Source: Candidatus Bathyarchaeota archaeon
GTDB lineage: Archaea > Thermoproteota > Bathyarchaeia > Bathyarchaeales > Bathycorpusculaceae
Assembly: GCA_963777155.1 (NCBI GenBank)
Contig: CAVZPM010000009.1
Span: forward strand, 103,160 to 167,159
Reading direction: 5' to 3'
Length of the DNA stretch: 64,000 bases
A model generated the notes under the pieces. That model saw only the letters and a list, made by a program, of their open reading frames with translations, was not told where the DNA came from and did no database searches. A program made the translations under genes and the position numbers. Position 1 is the stretch's first letter; every line of letters begins with the position of its first letter. Below are positions 30,801 through 42,368 of the stretch, piece after piece.

Positions 30801-31280
30801 ATGACAGAACCAAAAAATGGTCGCCCAATTTTCTTCCCAGAAAACCTAGTTCTCTTCGGTAACCTAGCGCTTTTTCTATGGATTGTTCTTGATTCAGTTG
30901 CTTTCATGCTATATAATTTCACGACAGGTATTGTGTTTTTTATCCTAACACTTATCTTGATTTATGGCGTACTTCACCTTCTGGGTTGCCTTCGTCCATG
31001 CTACAATTGCATAAAATGCACTCATGGCATGGGGCGCTTAGCAGCCTTGTACTTTGGCAGACGCATCTTTAAAGACTACAAATACAACTACAAACTACCC
31101 ACAGCAATATTCTTCACACTATACATCGGAGGATTCCCCGCAGCATTCGCACTCTACTCAACCATCGTAGATTTCACGGCCATCAAAGCAGCAGTGTTTG
31201 TGGCTCTCTTAGTATTCACGACCTATAGTGCTTTAACATGGCGACCAAGAAAACCAAAAAACCCAAAAGAGGTAGTATAG
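30801..31280 (+). CDS. Four-TM membrane protein with Cys cluster
   Basis: Hydrophobic segments flanking CLRPCYNCIKCTHG. Confidence 0.7.
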   Translation: MTEPKNGRPIFFPENLVLFGNLALFLWIVLDSVAFMLYNFTTGIVFFILTLILIYGVLHLLGCLRPCYNCIKCTHGMGRLAALYFGRRIFKDYKYNYKLPTAIFFTLYIGGFPAAFALYSTIVDFTAIKAAVFVALLVFTTYSALTWRPRKPKNPKEVV

Positions 31281-31406
31281 CTCGGGGGAGTTTAACGTAA
31301 TTAAGCTTTTATTGCTTGTTAGCTTACTAGGAATTTCGGCGTTTGCTGTAGTCAGTCGGGTCGTAAATCGCAATAAGGCGTTGTGGAAACCTTCCAAGTG
31401 AGGGCT

Positions 31407-31601
31407 ATGCATAAAGCCTTCATTGAACCAAACAGATGCTTACGATGTAATGAGTGTCAGGCAGCAAAGGCATGCCACCTCAAAGCTATTTTTCGCATTG
31501 ATAGCAACGACCCAAATTTTGTAGATCCGACGTTTTGTCGCGGATGCGGCGATTGCTTAACAAAATGCCGCGCAAAAGCAATTAAATTAAAAAATAGTTG
31601 A
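31407..31601 (+). CDS. 2[4Fe-4S] ferredoxin
   Basis: CLRCNECQAAKAC and CRGCGDCLTKC. Confidence 0.85.
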   Translation: MHKAFIEPNRCLRCNECQAAKACHLKAIFRIDSNDPNFVDPTFCRGCGDCLTKCRAKAIKLKNS

Positions 31602-31806
31602 CTTTAGCACAGATGCCCACTTAGATATTTTTTTCTTCAACTGATGGGCTTAAGTCTGCTAACTAATCAATCTCTTCTTTATTTGGTCATTTAATAAAAT
31701 TCCGAAAACAAAGAACCAAAAACCATAAGATTAGACTTCTTGCTACCCTAGACAATATATGCGAGCTTTTGATTAAGAAAACAGCATAGCACTTGAGGTT
31801 TATTGT

Positions 31807-32571
31807 ATGAAAACTCTGGTTACTGTTGGTCGTGGTGGAACAGGAAAATCTAGCTTTACTGCTTTGATGGCTAAATGTTTCATAGAAGCAGGCGTCTCTC
31901 CGTTGCTTTTGGTTGATGCTGACCCAGACCAGAACCTAGCTGAAATGCTTGGTGTGGACCTTAAAGAAGCAGGCAAATCAACCATAGCTGACCTCATCGT
32001 TAGCACCTTCATCGAGCAAGGCGGCACTACAGTCGGTATTCCACCAACCCAACGCATCGAAAGCCGCATCTGGGAAAACGGGCTCTACGAAAGCAAAAAC
32101 TTTGATTTCCTTGCTGTAGGCACAAAATGGGTTGAAGGATGCTACTGCATGCCTAACTCTGCCCTCAAAGGCGCCTTGGAATCGTTAACTAAAAACTACA
32201 AGTTTGTACTTGTTGACTCCCCAGCAGGGCTTGAAAACCTCAACAGACGCATCACTTCAGAAGTCAACGACATCTTTGATATCCTTGATCATTCCAAAAA
32301 ATCCCAAGATCATGTCAGAAGAGCTTACAAAATAGCTAAAGAAGTTGACATGAAATTTGAAAACTTTTACATAGTTGGTGGTTACCGTTTTCCAGCGGAA
32401 CTGGGCAAGCAGGCGGAAGCTGACTTAAAATTCAAATATCTGGGAAAAATCCTCGCAGACGACCAATTAGACGAGTACGTTCTCGATGGAAAATCGCTAC
32501 TTGATCTGCCAAATGACAACAAAGGCTACCTTTCAGTGAAAGAAATCCTCAATAAATTGGGATATTTATAA
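31807..32571 (+). CDS. CooC/AcsF-type ACDS maturation ATPase
   Basis: GRGGTGKS, VDADP, GCYC and DSPAGLE; immediately upstream of cdhA. Confidence 0.85.
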   Translation: MKTLVTVGRGGTGKSSFTALMAKCFIEAGVSPLLLVDADPDQNLAEMLGVDLKEAGKSTIADLIVSTFIEQGGTTVGIPPTQRIESRIWENGLYESKNFDFLAVGTKWVEGCYCMPNSALKGALESLTKNYKFVLVDSPAGLENLNRRITSEVNDIFDILDHSKKSQDHVRRAYKIAKEVDMKFENFYIVGGYRFPAELGKQAEADLKFKYLGKILADDQLDEYVLDGKSLLDLPNDNKGYLSVKEILNKLGYL

Positions 32572-32707
32572 TCACAAAAATATTTACACAATTCTCTGTA
32601 AACCTTCCATATCTATGACTGTACCGTGACTTTTGCTTAGAAATTCTGGAAAGGTTTAAAAGGTCTGTAATTCAGCATAGTCATAAACCTTTACAGAGGT
32701 TTCAGAT

Positions 32708-35057
32708 TTGACTGCTAAAAACGTCCATATAAAAATAGACGAAATGAAGACCGGTAGCGGTCTTATTAAAAATCTTGAATTATCCATCGGCAAGGTTATC
32801 AACGACAACTATACCGAGCCCATGGGACCAACCCCAATGCCCTCCATGACTGCGCTTCGGGATTGGGACATGAAGCTTCTCACCAAGTACAAGCCCTTCT
32901 ACATGCCCGATTGCGATCTTTGCTGTCTTTGCACTTTTGGCAAATGCGATCTGACAGCTGGAAAACGCGGCGCATGCGGCTTAGACATCGCAACTCAATC
33001 TTCTCGTATTGTGATGTTAGCTTGTGCGATTGGAGCAGCTTGCCATACAGCACACTCACGTCACCTTCTTCACTCCTTAATTGAAAAGTACGGTCGAAGG
33101 TACCCCTTAGACGTCGGAGGATTAAACATTAAAGTTGAAGCTCCAGTCAGCCGCCTCGTAACTGGTATAAAGCCTGAAACACTCGGCGACTTAGAAGATA
33201 TTTTAACTTATACCGAAGAGCAAATCACCCAAGTTCTTGCAGTAGGACACACAGGTCAAGAAGGTAACAACTTAGACTTCGAATCAAAAGCAATGCACGT
33301 CGGCATGATTGACCATGTAGGCATGGAAGTCGGCGATATCGCACAAATATCCGCATTAGGCTTCCCAAAAGCTGACCCAGAAGCGCCACTTCGTAAAACT
33401 CGGCATCGCAAGTGTTGACCGAACCAAACCAGTTGTTATGTGCATCGGCCACAACGTTATGCCATCAGTCGGAATAATTGACTATGCAAAAGAAAACAAA
33501 GTTGACGATAAAATCGAAGTTGTCGGCTTATGCTGCACAGCACACGACATGACACGATACTACAACCGCGCAAGAATCGTTGGTCCAATCAGCTGGGAAC
33601 TTAGATTTATACGTGCAGGCTTAGCAGACGTAGTCGTACTCGACGAACAATGTATCCGAACGGATATCTACGACGAAGCAGGCAAAGTTAACGCCCCAGT
33701 GATCGCAGCGTCAGAAAAGAACTGCATGGGCTTCAAGAACCGCACAAACGACCCAGCAGACGAAATCGTTGCTGACCTCGTTAGCGGCAAAGTCAAAGGC
33801 GTACTGATTCTTGACCCAGAAAAAGTCGGCGAAGTCGCAGTCCGTGTAGCACAACAAGTCGCTCCAATCCGCAAACGAAAGAACGTTCTCCCAAGCTTAG
33901 AGGAACTTACACAAATCGCAAAGACCTGCACACAATGCAAGAGTTGCCAACGCAACTGCCCACAAGACTACGCAATTCCAGCAGCCATGAAAGCAGCAGC
34001 ACAAGGCGACATATCTCTACTAACTGACCTATACGAGACATGTATCGGATGCGGAAGATGCGAAGAAGCATGCCCACAAAAAATCATGATCCACAGCCTC
34101 ATCATTAAAGCAGGCGAAAAAGCTATGGAATGCGAAGACAACCTGTGCCGCTCTGGCAGAGGCGCAGTCTCAGACGTCGAAATCCGCAACGTCGGCAGCC
34201 CAATCGTCCTCGGAGAAATCCCGGGTATCGTTGCAGTCGTCGGCTGCAGCAACTATCCAAAAGGCGGAAAAGACGTCTACGACATATGCAGAGAATTCGC
34301 AAGCAGACGATACATCGTCGTACTGTCAGGATGCTCAGCCATGTCCGCAGGAAGCTACCGCAACAGCGAAGGCAAAACACTCTACGAAGAATTCCCAGGC
34401 GGATTCGAAGCAGGAGGAGTCATGAACGTCGGTTCATGCGTCGCAAACAGTCACATCGCGGGTGCAGCAATCAAAGTAGCAAACATCTTCGCCAAACGCT
34501 CACTAAGAGGCAACTACGAAGAAATCGCAGATTACATCCACAACCGTCTCGGTGCAGTCGGCTTAGCTTGGGGTGCATACTCACAGAAAGCCGCATCAAT
34601 CGGCGCAGGATTCTGGCGCTTAGGTGTACCAGTCCTCGTCGGTCCACACGGCGTCAAATACAGACGTATGCTCCTTGGCAGAAAAGAAGACCCCAAGAAC
34701 TGGGAAGTCCTCGACGCACGCACAGGCAACACAGTAAACGTTGGACCAGCACCAGAACACCTCTTCAACATAGCAGAAACCAAAGAGGAATGTATGGTTG
34801 CAATCGCAAAACTCTGCATCAGACCCAACGACACATGGAAAGGACGCAGCATAAAACTAAGCCACTACGTCGACCTAAGCAAACGATACCTCGGAGTCAT
34901 GCCAAACGACCTACACCTATTCGTGAGAACAATGGCTGATGTCCCATCAACAATGAAAGACGAGTTTGTCAAGATACTTGAAGAAAACAACTGGCAAGAA
35001 ACAGTAATTCCGGACCCAACGCTTCTTCCAAGAATGGTCCGAAAAATGAAGGAGTAA
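32708..35057 (+). CDS. cdhA: ACDS/CO dehydrogenase alpha subunit; +1 frameshift near 33391
   Basis: CDLCCLCTFGKC, IGHN, GLCCTA, two ferredoxin motifs, GCSNYP and GSCVANSH. Removing one base gives PLVKLGIASVDRTKPVVMCIGHN. Confidence 0.95.
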
Positions 35058-35072
35058 ACGGAGGAAAAAACT

Positions 35073-35615
35073 ATGTCCTGTGAACCATGGCAATGTGCAG
35101 AAATAGCCTCAACAAAAAAAGCAAACCCAATACAAAAACCCGAGATAGCAGTAGCAATGATCAAACGGGCTCAACGTCCCCTTCTCATTGTAGGAAGCAA
35201 CGCCACTGAAAGGTACATGGAAGGCAAACAATTAATCGAGTACCTAATCGACTTCGCTAACGCCTCCAAAGTACCAGTAGTCGCAACAGCCCACATGGTT
35301 GGCGAATTCATAAAACGCGGATACCAACCAGCAGCATTTATGAATGCAATGGAAATCGGGCAAAGAGTGGTTGACCCAGAATGGATGGGTCTCGACGGCA
35401 AAGGACACCCAGACCTAGTTATGCTGGTCGGATTACCCTACTATGTTGAATCATTGATGCTCTCAGGCATGAAACACTTTGCACCAGACCAAAAAACCAT
35501 GACCCTCGACAACCTCTTCCACGTCCATGCAAGCTGGTCTTTCCCAAACGCAACCCTAGAAGAGTGGGCTGCAAACCTCAAAGTAATGACCTCAAAATTT
35601 AATGGAGGAAATTAA
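35073..35615 (+). CDS. cdhB: ACDS epsilon subunit
   Basis: AQRPLLIVG, WMGLDGKG and SFPN; operon position. Confidence 0.93.
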   Translation: MSCEPWQCAEIASTKKANPIQKPEIAVAMIKRAQRPLLIVGSNATERYMEGKQLIEYLIDFANASKVPVVATAHMVGEFIKRGYQPAAFMNAMEIGQRVVDPEWMGLDGKGHPDLVMLVGLPYYVESLMLSGMKHFAPDQKTMTLDNLFHVHASWSFPNATLEEWAANLKVMTSKFNGGN

Positions 35616-35618
35616 AAA

Positions 35619-37037
35619 ATGTCAATGTTTAAAGATATACCTGTTGAAGTTGGCGTAATCTACGAAGGAGAACGTATCCGAAGAAACGACATGCAAGTAG
35701 AACTCGGCGGACCCACAGTCAAACAAAAATTTGAACTCGCAAAAGTAAAACCCATGAATGAAGTCGAAGATGGAAAAGTCACCATCATCGGCCCAGACCT
35801 AAAAGACATGAAAGAAGGCGGCGCATTCCCATTCGGTATCCTTGTTGAAGCAGCAGGCGCAAAACTCGACCAAGGTCTTGAAGGAGTCATCGAAAGACGC
35901 ATTCACGGCTACCTGAACTACATCGAAGGCTTCATGCACCTAAACCAGCGTTATGACATCTGGATACGCATTGGCAAGAAATCATTCCAAAAAGGCTTAA
36001 CCAGTTTTGACTCCATTGGCAAAGTTCTCTACAGACTATTCAAGAGCGAACTACCAATAATCGAGAAAGTGCAAATTACCTTTGTAACCGACCCAGCAAA
36101 ACTTGAGGAAATGACCCCTGATGCAATGCAAGCTTACGAATCACGCGACGCAAAAGCAAGAGGTCTAAAAGACTCAGAAGTCGACACATTCTATGGATGT
36201 GCACTCTGCCAGTCATTCGCACCAAGCCACGTCTGTGTCATCACACCACAAAGATACAGCAACTGCGGTGCAATCAGCTGGTTTGACGGCAAAGCTTCAG
36301 CAAGCATCGATCCTAAAGGTCCAGTATTCGCAATTCCAAGAGGCGAAATCATCAACGCAGAGAAAGGTGAATTCTCAGGCGTTAACGAAGCCGCCAAGAA
36401 ACGCACCATGGGCGAAGTTAACCAAGTCTGGCTCTACACAGCATTCGATCACCCACACACTTCATGCGGATGCTTCGAAGCAGTAACCTTCTACATCCCA
36501 GAAGTCGATGGATTCGGTGTAGTCAACAGAAACTTCAAGGGCGCAACCGTAAACGGTCTACCATTCAGCACAATTGCTGACTCCGCAGCAGGCGGACGCC
36601 AAATCGACGGATTCCACGGAATGTCCATAGAATACATGCGAAGCTCTAAATTCTTCGCTGCAGACGGCGGATGGAACAGAGTCGTTTGGGTACCTAAAGA
36701 AGTTAAAGAAAAAGTCAAAGACTTCATTCCAAAAGACGTCGTTGACAAAGTCGCCACAGAAGAAAACGCCAAAAACATCGACGAACTCAAAGCATTCCTC
36801 AAAGAAAAGAATCACCCAGTCGTCGCTAAATGGGAAACAGAAGCCCCAGCAGCAGAAACCGCCGCAATCACAGTTAACGAAGAAGCAGCAGGCACCATGA
36901 TGCCAGTCGCAACAATGAGCTCAATGCCAATTATGGCCGGCGGATTCAAAATCATACTCAAAGACGCAAAAATCTACGCTAACAAAGTAATCATAACAAC
37001 CGTTAAAGACAGCAAAGACAACAAAGACAAACGGTGA
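35619..37037 (+). CDS. cdhC: ACDS beta subunit (acetyl-CoA synthase)
   Basis: YEGERIR, CALCQSFAPSHVC, CGAISW and HTSCGCFE. Confidence 0.96.
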   Translation: MSMFKDIPVEVGVIYEGERIRRNDMQVELGGPTVKQKFELAKVKPMNEVEDGKVTIIGPDLKDMKEGGAFPFGILVEAAGAKLDQGLEGVIERRIHGYLNYIEGFMHLNQRYDIWIRIGKKSFQKGLTSFDSIGKVLYRLFKSELPIIEKVQITFVTDPAKLEEMTPDAMQAYESRDAKARGLKDSEVDTFYGCALCQSFAPSHVCVITPQRYSNCGAISWFDGKASASIDPKGPVFAIPRGEIINAEKGEFSGVNEAAKKRTMGEVNQVWLYTAFDHPHTSCGCFEAVTFYIPEVDGFGVVNRNFKGATVNGLPFSTIADSAAGGRQIDGFHGMSIEYMRSSKFFAADGGWNRVVWVPKEVKEKVKDFIPKDVVDKVATEENAKNIDELKAFLKEKNHPVVAKWETEAPAAETAAITVNEEAAGTMMPVATMSSMPIMAGGFKIILKDAKIYANKVIITTVKDSKDNKDKR

Positions 37038-38269
37038 TCGTTACGACTCACCACGACACAGACAAAAAGAAAGACGCTGAAGGACTACAACTAAGCGAAG
37101 AATTACTAGCAGCTCTCGCAAAATTCCAGACAATCGAGCTGGAAGACTTCCAAATTGACGCCAAAGAACTAGAAATCATCTTCGAAGCAGGCGCCACAGG
37201 TCAAATAATGCCAAAGCTAAAGCTTCCAACGGCAGTTGCAGGCGGAAAACCCACAAGCATGTTCCAAATTCCTTTCCTACCACCTATCGAAACTTACCCA
37301 AACAAAATCAGCGAAGTAAAGCTTGGGGCAACAAAGAGCGAAGGCGGCACACGCGGAAGATCGCTCACCATCGGCGGAGAAGTTTCTCCCGCTTTCTACA
37401 CTTTTGAGCGACCAATGCCACACAAACCAGTTATCACCTTAGACGTTTTCGACATGGAAGTTCCCCTAAGCAAAGCAGTCAAGATGCACGTTAAAGACGT
37501 GGTCGGTGACCCAGCAGCTTGGGCAAAACTTGCAGTAGAAAAATTCGGTGCAGACATGGTTACTATGCACTTAATCAGTGTTGACCCACTACTCAAAGAC
37601 GCATCACCCAAAGACGCATGCAAAACCATCGAGAAAGTCCTGCAAGCCGTGGATGTACCACTAGTCATCGGCGGATGCGGAGACCCAGTTAAAGACACAG
37701 CAGTCTTCGAAGAAGTATGTGCACAATTTCCAGGCGAACGCTTCCTAATCAGCTCCGTCACACGCGACATGGACGTCGAGAAATGCGCCAAATTCATCAA
37801 GAAAGCAGGCCACGCAATCCTCTCATTCACACCAATGGACCTCAACTTGGCACGTGAACTAAACAGACGCCTCTACGACTATGTTGGCAGAGAAGACATC
37901 ATCATGGACTTAACCACCGCAGCACTCGGCTACGGTTTAGACTATGCATTCACAAACATGGAACGCGCACGCATGGGCGGCTTAATGGGCGACGTCGAAC
38001 TGGCACACCCAATGTCCTCAGGCACAACTAACGCTTGGGCAGCAAGAGAAGCATGGCTAAAAATGTCAGCTGAATGGGAACCACGCGAACTCAGAGGTCC
38101 ACTTTGGGAAGTAACAACAGCCATAACCCTGTTGCTTGCAGGCGTAGACCTATTCATGATGATGCACCCAGCAGCAGTAAAAACACTAAAAGACGTCACA
38201 AACTACCTAACAAGCGCTAAAAAAGCAGACCCATCAAAATACGCAAACTGGGTCACGGTAAAAGCTTAA
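37034..38269 (+). CDS. cdhD: ACDS delta subunit (corrinoid protein small subunit)
   Basis: ATKSEGGTR, ALGYGLDYAF, NAWAAREAW and MMHP. Confidence 0.95.
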   Translation: MIVTTHHDTDKKKDAEGLQLSEELLAALAKFQTIELEDFQIDAKELEIIFEAGATGQIMPKLKLPTAVAGGKPTSMFQIPFLPPIETYPNKISEVKLGATKSEGGTRGRSLTIGGEVSPAFYTFERPMPHKPVITLDVFDMEVPLSKAVKMHVKDVVGDPAAWAKLAVEKFGADMVTMHLISVDPLLKDASPKDACKTIEKVLQAVDVPLVIGGCGDPVKDTAVFEEVCAQFPGERFLISSVTRDMDVEKCAKFIKKAGHAILSFTPMDLNLARELNRRLYDYVGREDIIMDLTTAALGYGLDYAFTNMERARMGGLMGDVELAHPMSSGTTNAWAAREAWLKMSAEWEPRELRGPLWEVTTAITLLLAGVDLFMMMHPAAVKTLKDVTNYLTSAKKADPSKYANWVTVKA

Positions 38270-38275
38270 GGAGAC

Positions 38276-39710
38276 ATGACTGATATGGCAGAAAAGAAAA
38301 AAGGCGGATTAAAAGAACTAAGCCCCATAACCATTTACAAGATCCTTGCCAAAAACTAACTGCAAAGAATGCGGCGTCGACAACTGCATGGCATTCGCCA
38401 CAAAAATTGTCAACCGCGAAATCGAACTCGACAGCTGCAAACCACTCCTCAAACCAGAAAACGCAAAATCATACGCTATTCTTAAAGATCTTCTAAAACC
38501 AGCAGTTAAAGAAATCATCGTAGGCGTTGGCGACAAAGCTAAGAAAATCGGCGGCAAACTAGTCATGTACCGCCACGAATTCACATACAAGAACCCAACA
38601 GCCATCGCAATCGACGTAACCGACGAAATGTCCGATGCCGAAATCGTCTCACGCGTACAGAAAACAGATAACTTTACCTTCGAATACATCGGCAACACCC
38701 TAAAACTTGACATGATAGCAGTCCGATGCACATCTCAAGATGCAGACAAATTCAAAGCAGTAGTCAAAAAAGTTTCAGAAACTACAAAATTACCGATGAT
38801 TCTTTGTACCATAAACCCAGCGATTGCTGAAGCAGGCTTAATGGCAGCACCAAAAGCACGCCCACTTCTATACGCGGCAACCTCAAGCAACTGGAAAGAC
38901 ATGGCAGAATTAGCCTTAATGTACAACTGCCCAATAGTTGCATCCGCACCAAACGACCTAAACACATTAGTTTCACTCGCAAAAACCCTGATGGCTTACG
39001 GCGTAACCGACATAGTGCTTGATCCAGGCACTTTCATCAATGAAGGCTTACCAGACACAATAAACAACTTTACCATGCTTCGCAGAGCAGCAACTAAAGG
39101 CGGCGAAGAACTTGCAGGCTTACCCTTACTCGGCGTACCGATGGTCGCTTGGGTAAACAAAGGCGAAATGGCAGACGACCTAGTCAAATGGCGCGAAGCA
39201 TACGTCGCATCAATGCTCGTAGTCCGATATGCAGACGTACTAATCATGCACGGCAACGACGGATGGGCACTACTACCAATGACAGTGCTACGCCAGAACA
39301 TCTACACTGACCCACGCAAACCAGTCGCAGTCGCACCAGGACTCAAAGTCTACGGCACACCAGACGAGAATTCACCAGTGTTCTTCACATCAAACTTCGC
39401 TCTAACCTTCTACACCGTTGCTTCAGACATCGAAAGCAGCAAACTCAACGCCTACTTAATCGTCGTCGAAACAGAAGGCTCAGCAATCGACAGTGGAGTC
39501 GCAGGACGCAAACTTACAGCCGAACGAGTCGCAGACGCAATCAAAGCTAGTGGCATTGAACAGAAAGTCAAACATCGCAAAATCATCATCCCGGGCAAAG
39601 CCTCACGCATCAGCGGCGAAATCGAAGAACTCAGCGGCTGGAAAGTCCAAGTTGGACCACGCGACAGCAGTGAGATACCAAAGTATCTCATAGAGAAATG
39701 GCAACCATAA
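38276..39710 (+). CDS. cdhE: ACDS gamma subunit (corrinoid Fe-S protein large subunit); +1 frameshift near 38345
   Basis: Upstream ATG frame gives KELSPITIYKI, continuing as LPKTNCKECGVDNCMAFA; IYTDPRKP, NFALT and GPRDSS. Confidence 0.95.
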
Positions 39711-39811
39711 ACCATCCACTCTTCTTTCTCTTATTTTATTAAATTTTGCTCAATTTACTCAAGGGTAATTCTTTTATAATTCGCTAAATTACTAGAAACT
39801 AGTGATTTTTA

Positions 39812-40207
39812 ATGGATCATACAATTGTACATTTCGAAATTCCAGCCAATGATATCGAAAAAATCAAGAAATTCTATATGGATTTGTTTGGTTGGACGAT
39901 GAATAAGTATCCTGGACCAACCGTCTACTATCTTGTAGGAACTGTGCCCGTAAACGAAGAAACAATGTTGCCCATTCGACCGGGCGTTAACGGTGGACTG
40001 TATGACAAGAAGGATTCCTCTATGCCTGAAATGGCTAAACCCACAAACTACATTTCCGTAGAATCGGTGGAGGAGTATAGCAAGAAGGTTGTGGATTTGG
40101 GTGGAAAAATCGTGGTGCCAAAGATGGAGATTCCTGGTTTGGGCTGGTGGGCGCTGGCGCTTGACCCTGAAGGCAACCACTTCGGCATGCTGGAATACCT
40201 AAAATAA
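39812..40207 (+). CDS. VOC/glyoxalase family protein
   Basis: VHFEIPA...FYMDLFGW...DPEGNHFG. Confidence 0.9.
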   Translation: MDHTIVHFEIPANDIEKIKKFYMDLFGWTMNKYPGPTVYYLVGTVPVNEETMLPIRPGVNGGLYDKKDSSMPEMAKPTNYISVESVEEYSKKVVDLGGKIVVPKMEIPGLGWWALALDPEGNHFGMLEYLK

Positions 40208-40212
40208 TAATT

Positions 40213-41434
40213 CTAGTCAGTTATTCTATCTTTTACCGTGGAAACTGCTAGCACAAAGAACAGCAAAGCGATTCCACCGATGACTGCAAACTCTGGTGCA
40301 AGGTTGCTTATTCCGTAGCCTTTTAGCATTATGCCTTCGAACACTCTGTTGCCATAGTACATCGGGATAAACTTGGCGATGGTCTGGACCCAATCTGGGA
40401 AAGTACTGACGGGAATTAGCATTCCACTTAGTGCCATGCTGGGCAGGGCAATCAGAGGTGCCATCTGTACCGCCTGAAGCTCATTTTTAGCAAAGTTTGA
40501 CAGGAAAACAGCTAGGAAAACATGTGCCAGAGCATACAGAACCGCGCCAAAAAATAGCAGAAATATGCTTCCTCGGACAACTACTCCAAATACGCCTATT
40601 CCAATTCCCAGGATTACCGAAACCATAATGATGCCTAACAGGAGAAGTGCGATGGAGTATCCGAGTAACCTCTCGATTGCCGAAAGGGGAGTAGCATATA
40701 GCCTTGAGAGTACCCCTGATGTGCTCTCCCTTGATACAATTATAAGGGAAATTAAGAGAACAAGAAAAGTAAGTACAAAGGCAATCACTGATGGGATGCT
40801 TACGTCAAGACCGGAATACTCAACGTTACCGAATGCAAACTGCTTGTCAAGGGTAACGCCGCCGCTGCCAAAAGAACTCTGCAAAGCGGTTTGCAATGCT
40901 CCGAGTATGCTTGCTTCGTTGGCTGGTTTTGTGCCGTCAAGGTAGATTGGGACTGTAGCGTTTAAGCTTGTGCTGTTTACACTCAGCATTTGCTTTACGC
41001 CAAGTGGCAGAGATACATTGCCTAAGTGTTGTAGGCTTTGGCTGGTTTGGTAAAGGAACAGCGATTGAGAAAAGTTTGATGGGATAGAGATTGCTGCGTA
41101 GTAAGTTCCATTATCCACGCCTCTTATTCCTTCGTCAAAGTTTCCTAGCGTTACCTTCACTCGATCATCCTGCTAAAGCGAGGATACAATGGACGTCGCC
41201 GAAATGAAAACTGGTTGAAGAGGCAACACCGATGCTGAAGCCGCTGTCTTGGTTATCCACTAAAATTGGCACATGCTTAACTTGCCCACCCAAAGCAAAC
41301 CCGAAGATAAGCATGATCACCGCAGGCATAGCAATCATCATTCCAATCGTTCGTCTATCCCGCGATATCTGCTTTAGGACACGCCAGCTGACAGCACCAA
41401 CCCTTTGGAACGAAAATCTTTTTTGCTTACTCAT
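40213..41434 (-). CDS. ABC-2 transporter permease, frameshifted near 41165-41195
   Basis: N-terminal RDRRTIGMMIAMP..LIFG and C-terminal SGMLIPV..FPDWVQ lie in two frames. Confidence 0.85.
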
Positions 41435-42185
41435 CCACGGTTTCCCCCGAGCTTAGTTTGATGAAGACCTCTTCGATTGAAGAAGTATCGTGTCTGCGTT
41501 TAATTTCTACAGGCGTACCCTCCTCTATGAGTTTGCCCGCCCGCATCAACCCAATCCTGTCTGCTCGTTCCGCTTCATCCATTACATGCGAAGTTATGAC
41601 AATCGTTAAGCCCGCTTTGGTGAGGGAACGGAAATAATCCCAGAAGAAAGCCCGTAAAACAGGGTCAATACCCACTGTTGCTTCGTCGAAAAAGACGATT
41701 TTGGGCTCATGAATCAGTGCGCAGGCTATGCTTACTCTCCGTTTCATCCCTCCAGAAAGATTGAATACGGTGGTTTTTCTGCGTTCGTCGAGTTTAAGAA
41801 TTGGAAGAAGCTCATTGAGCCTTTTTTCGAATTCTTTTTGTTTCATCTCGTAGAGTCTTGCAAAGAACCATATGTTTTGCTCCACTGTCAAGTCGCTGTA
41901 GAGGGCATATTCTTGTGGCGCGACTCCGATTTGTCCTGTTACGATTCGCCGTTTCTGTGGGATTTCAAAACCTAGAACCTTTATCGCGCCTGAGGTGGGA
42001 AAAAGGCTTCCTGTTAGCATGTTGATGGTTGTACTCTTGCCTGAGCCGTTAGCGCCGATTAGGGCGTAGATTTCGCCTTTTCCTATTTTTAGGTTAAGCA
42101 TGTCGACGGCTCTGATTTGTCCTTCTTTGTAAATTTTCACGAGGTTGGACGCTTCAATGACTGGTTCGTCCATGCTTGAGGTCAA
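41427..42185 (-). CDS. ABC transporter ATP-binding protein
   Basis: GANGSGKST, LSGGMKRR, FFDEAT and SH. Confidence 0.95.
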   Translation of the reverse strand: MTSSMDEPVIEASNLVKIYKEGQIRAVDMLNLKIGKGEIYALIGANGSGKSTTINMLTGSLFPTSGAIKVLGFEIPQKRRIVTGQIGVAPQEYALYSDLTVEQNIWFFARLYEMKQKEFEKRLNELLPILKLDERRKTTVFNLSGGMKRRVSIACALIHEPKIVFFDEATVGIDPVLRAFFWDYFRSLTKAGLTIVITSHVMDEAERADRIGLMRAGKLIEEGTPVEIKRRHDTSSIEEVFIKLSSGETVDE

Positions 42186-42368
42186 TCTATAACAACCTGT
42201 CTTTAATTGATATGAAACGTGAGTATTTTTAATACTACCGCCTGGCTACTTGGTTGCTTTAAATGTTATTATGTTAAAAACACCATAAAATTTATCTAAA
42301 TTTGTACTAAAGGCGTATAAACCCCCTCTTTCAATACATGAGCATTTACTGCTAGAAGGGACTGAAAA

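Noticed and set aside
34130-34939. 269-aa Arg-rich same-strand ORF inside cdhA
   Set aside because: Alternate-frame shadow caused by the T-poor codon usage of the cdh operon; no motifs.
32708-39710. ACDS operon as a novelty, or cdhA as a genuinely split gene
   Set aside because: The operon is well known in this type of archaeon; the split is repaired by removing one base.
41172-41176. In-frame TAG in the permease junction as possible pyrrolysine or readthrough site
   Set aside because: Lies in an indel-disturbed stretch of a non-catalytic loop; no pyl genes in the window; an error is more likely.
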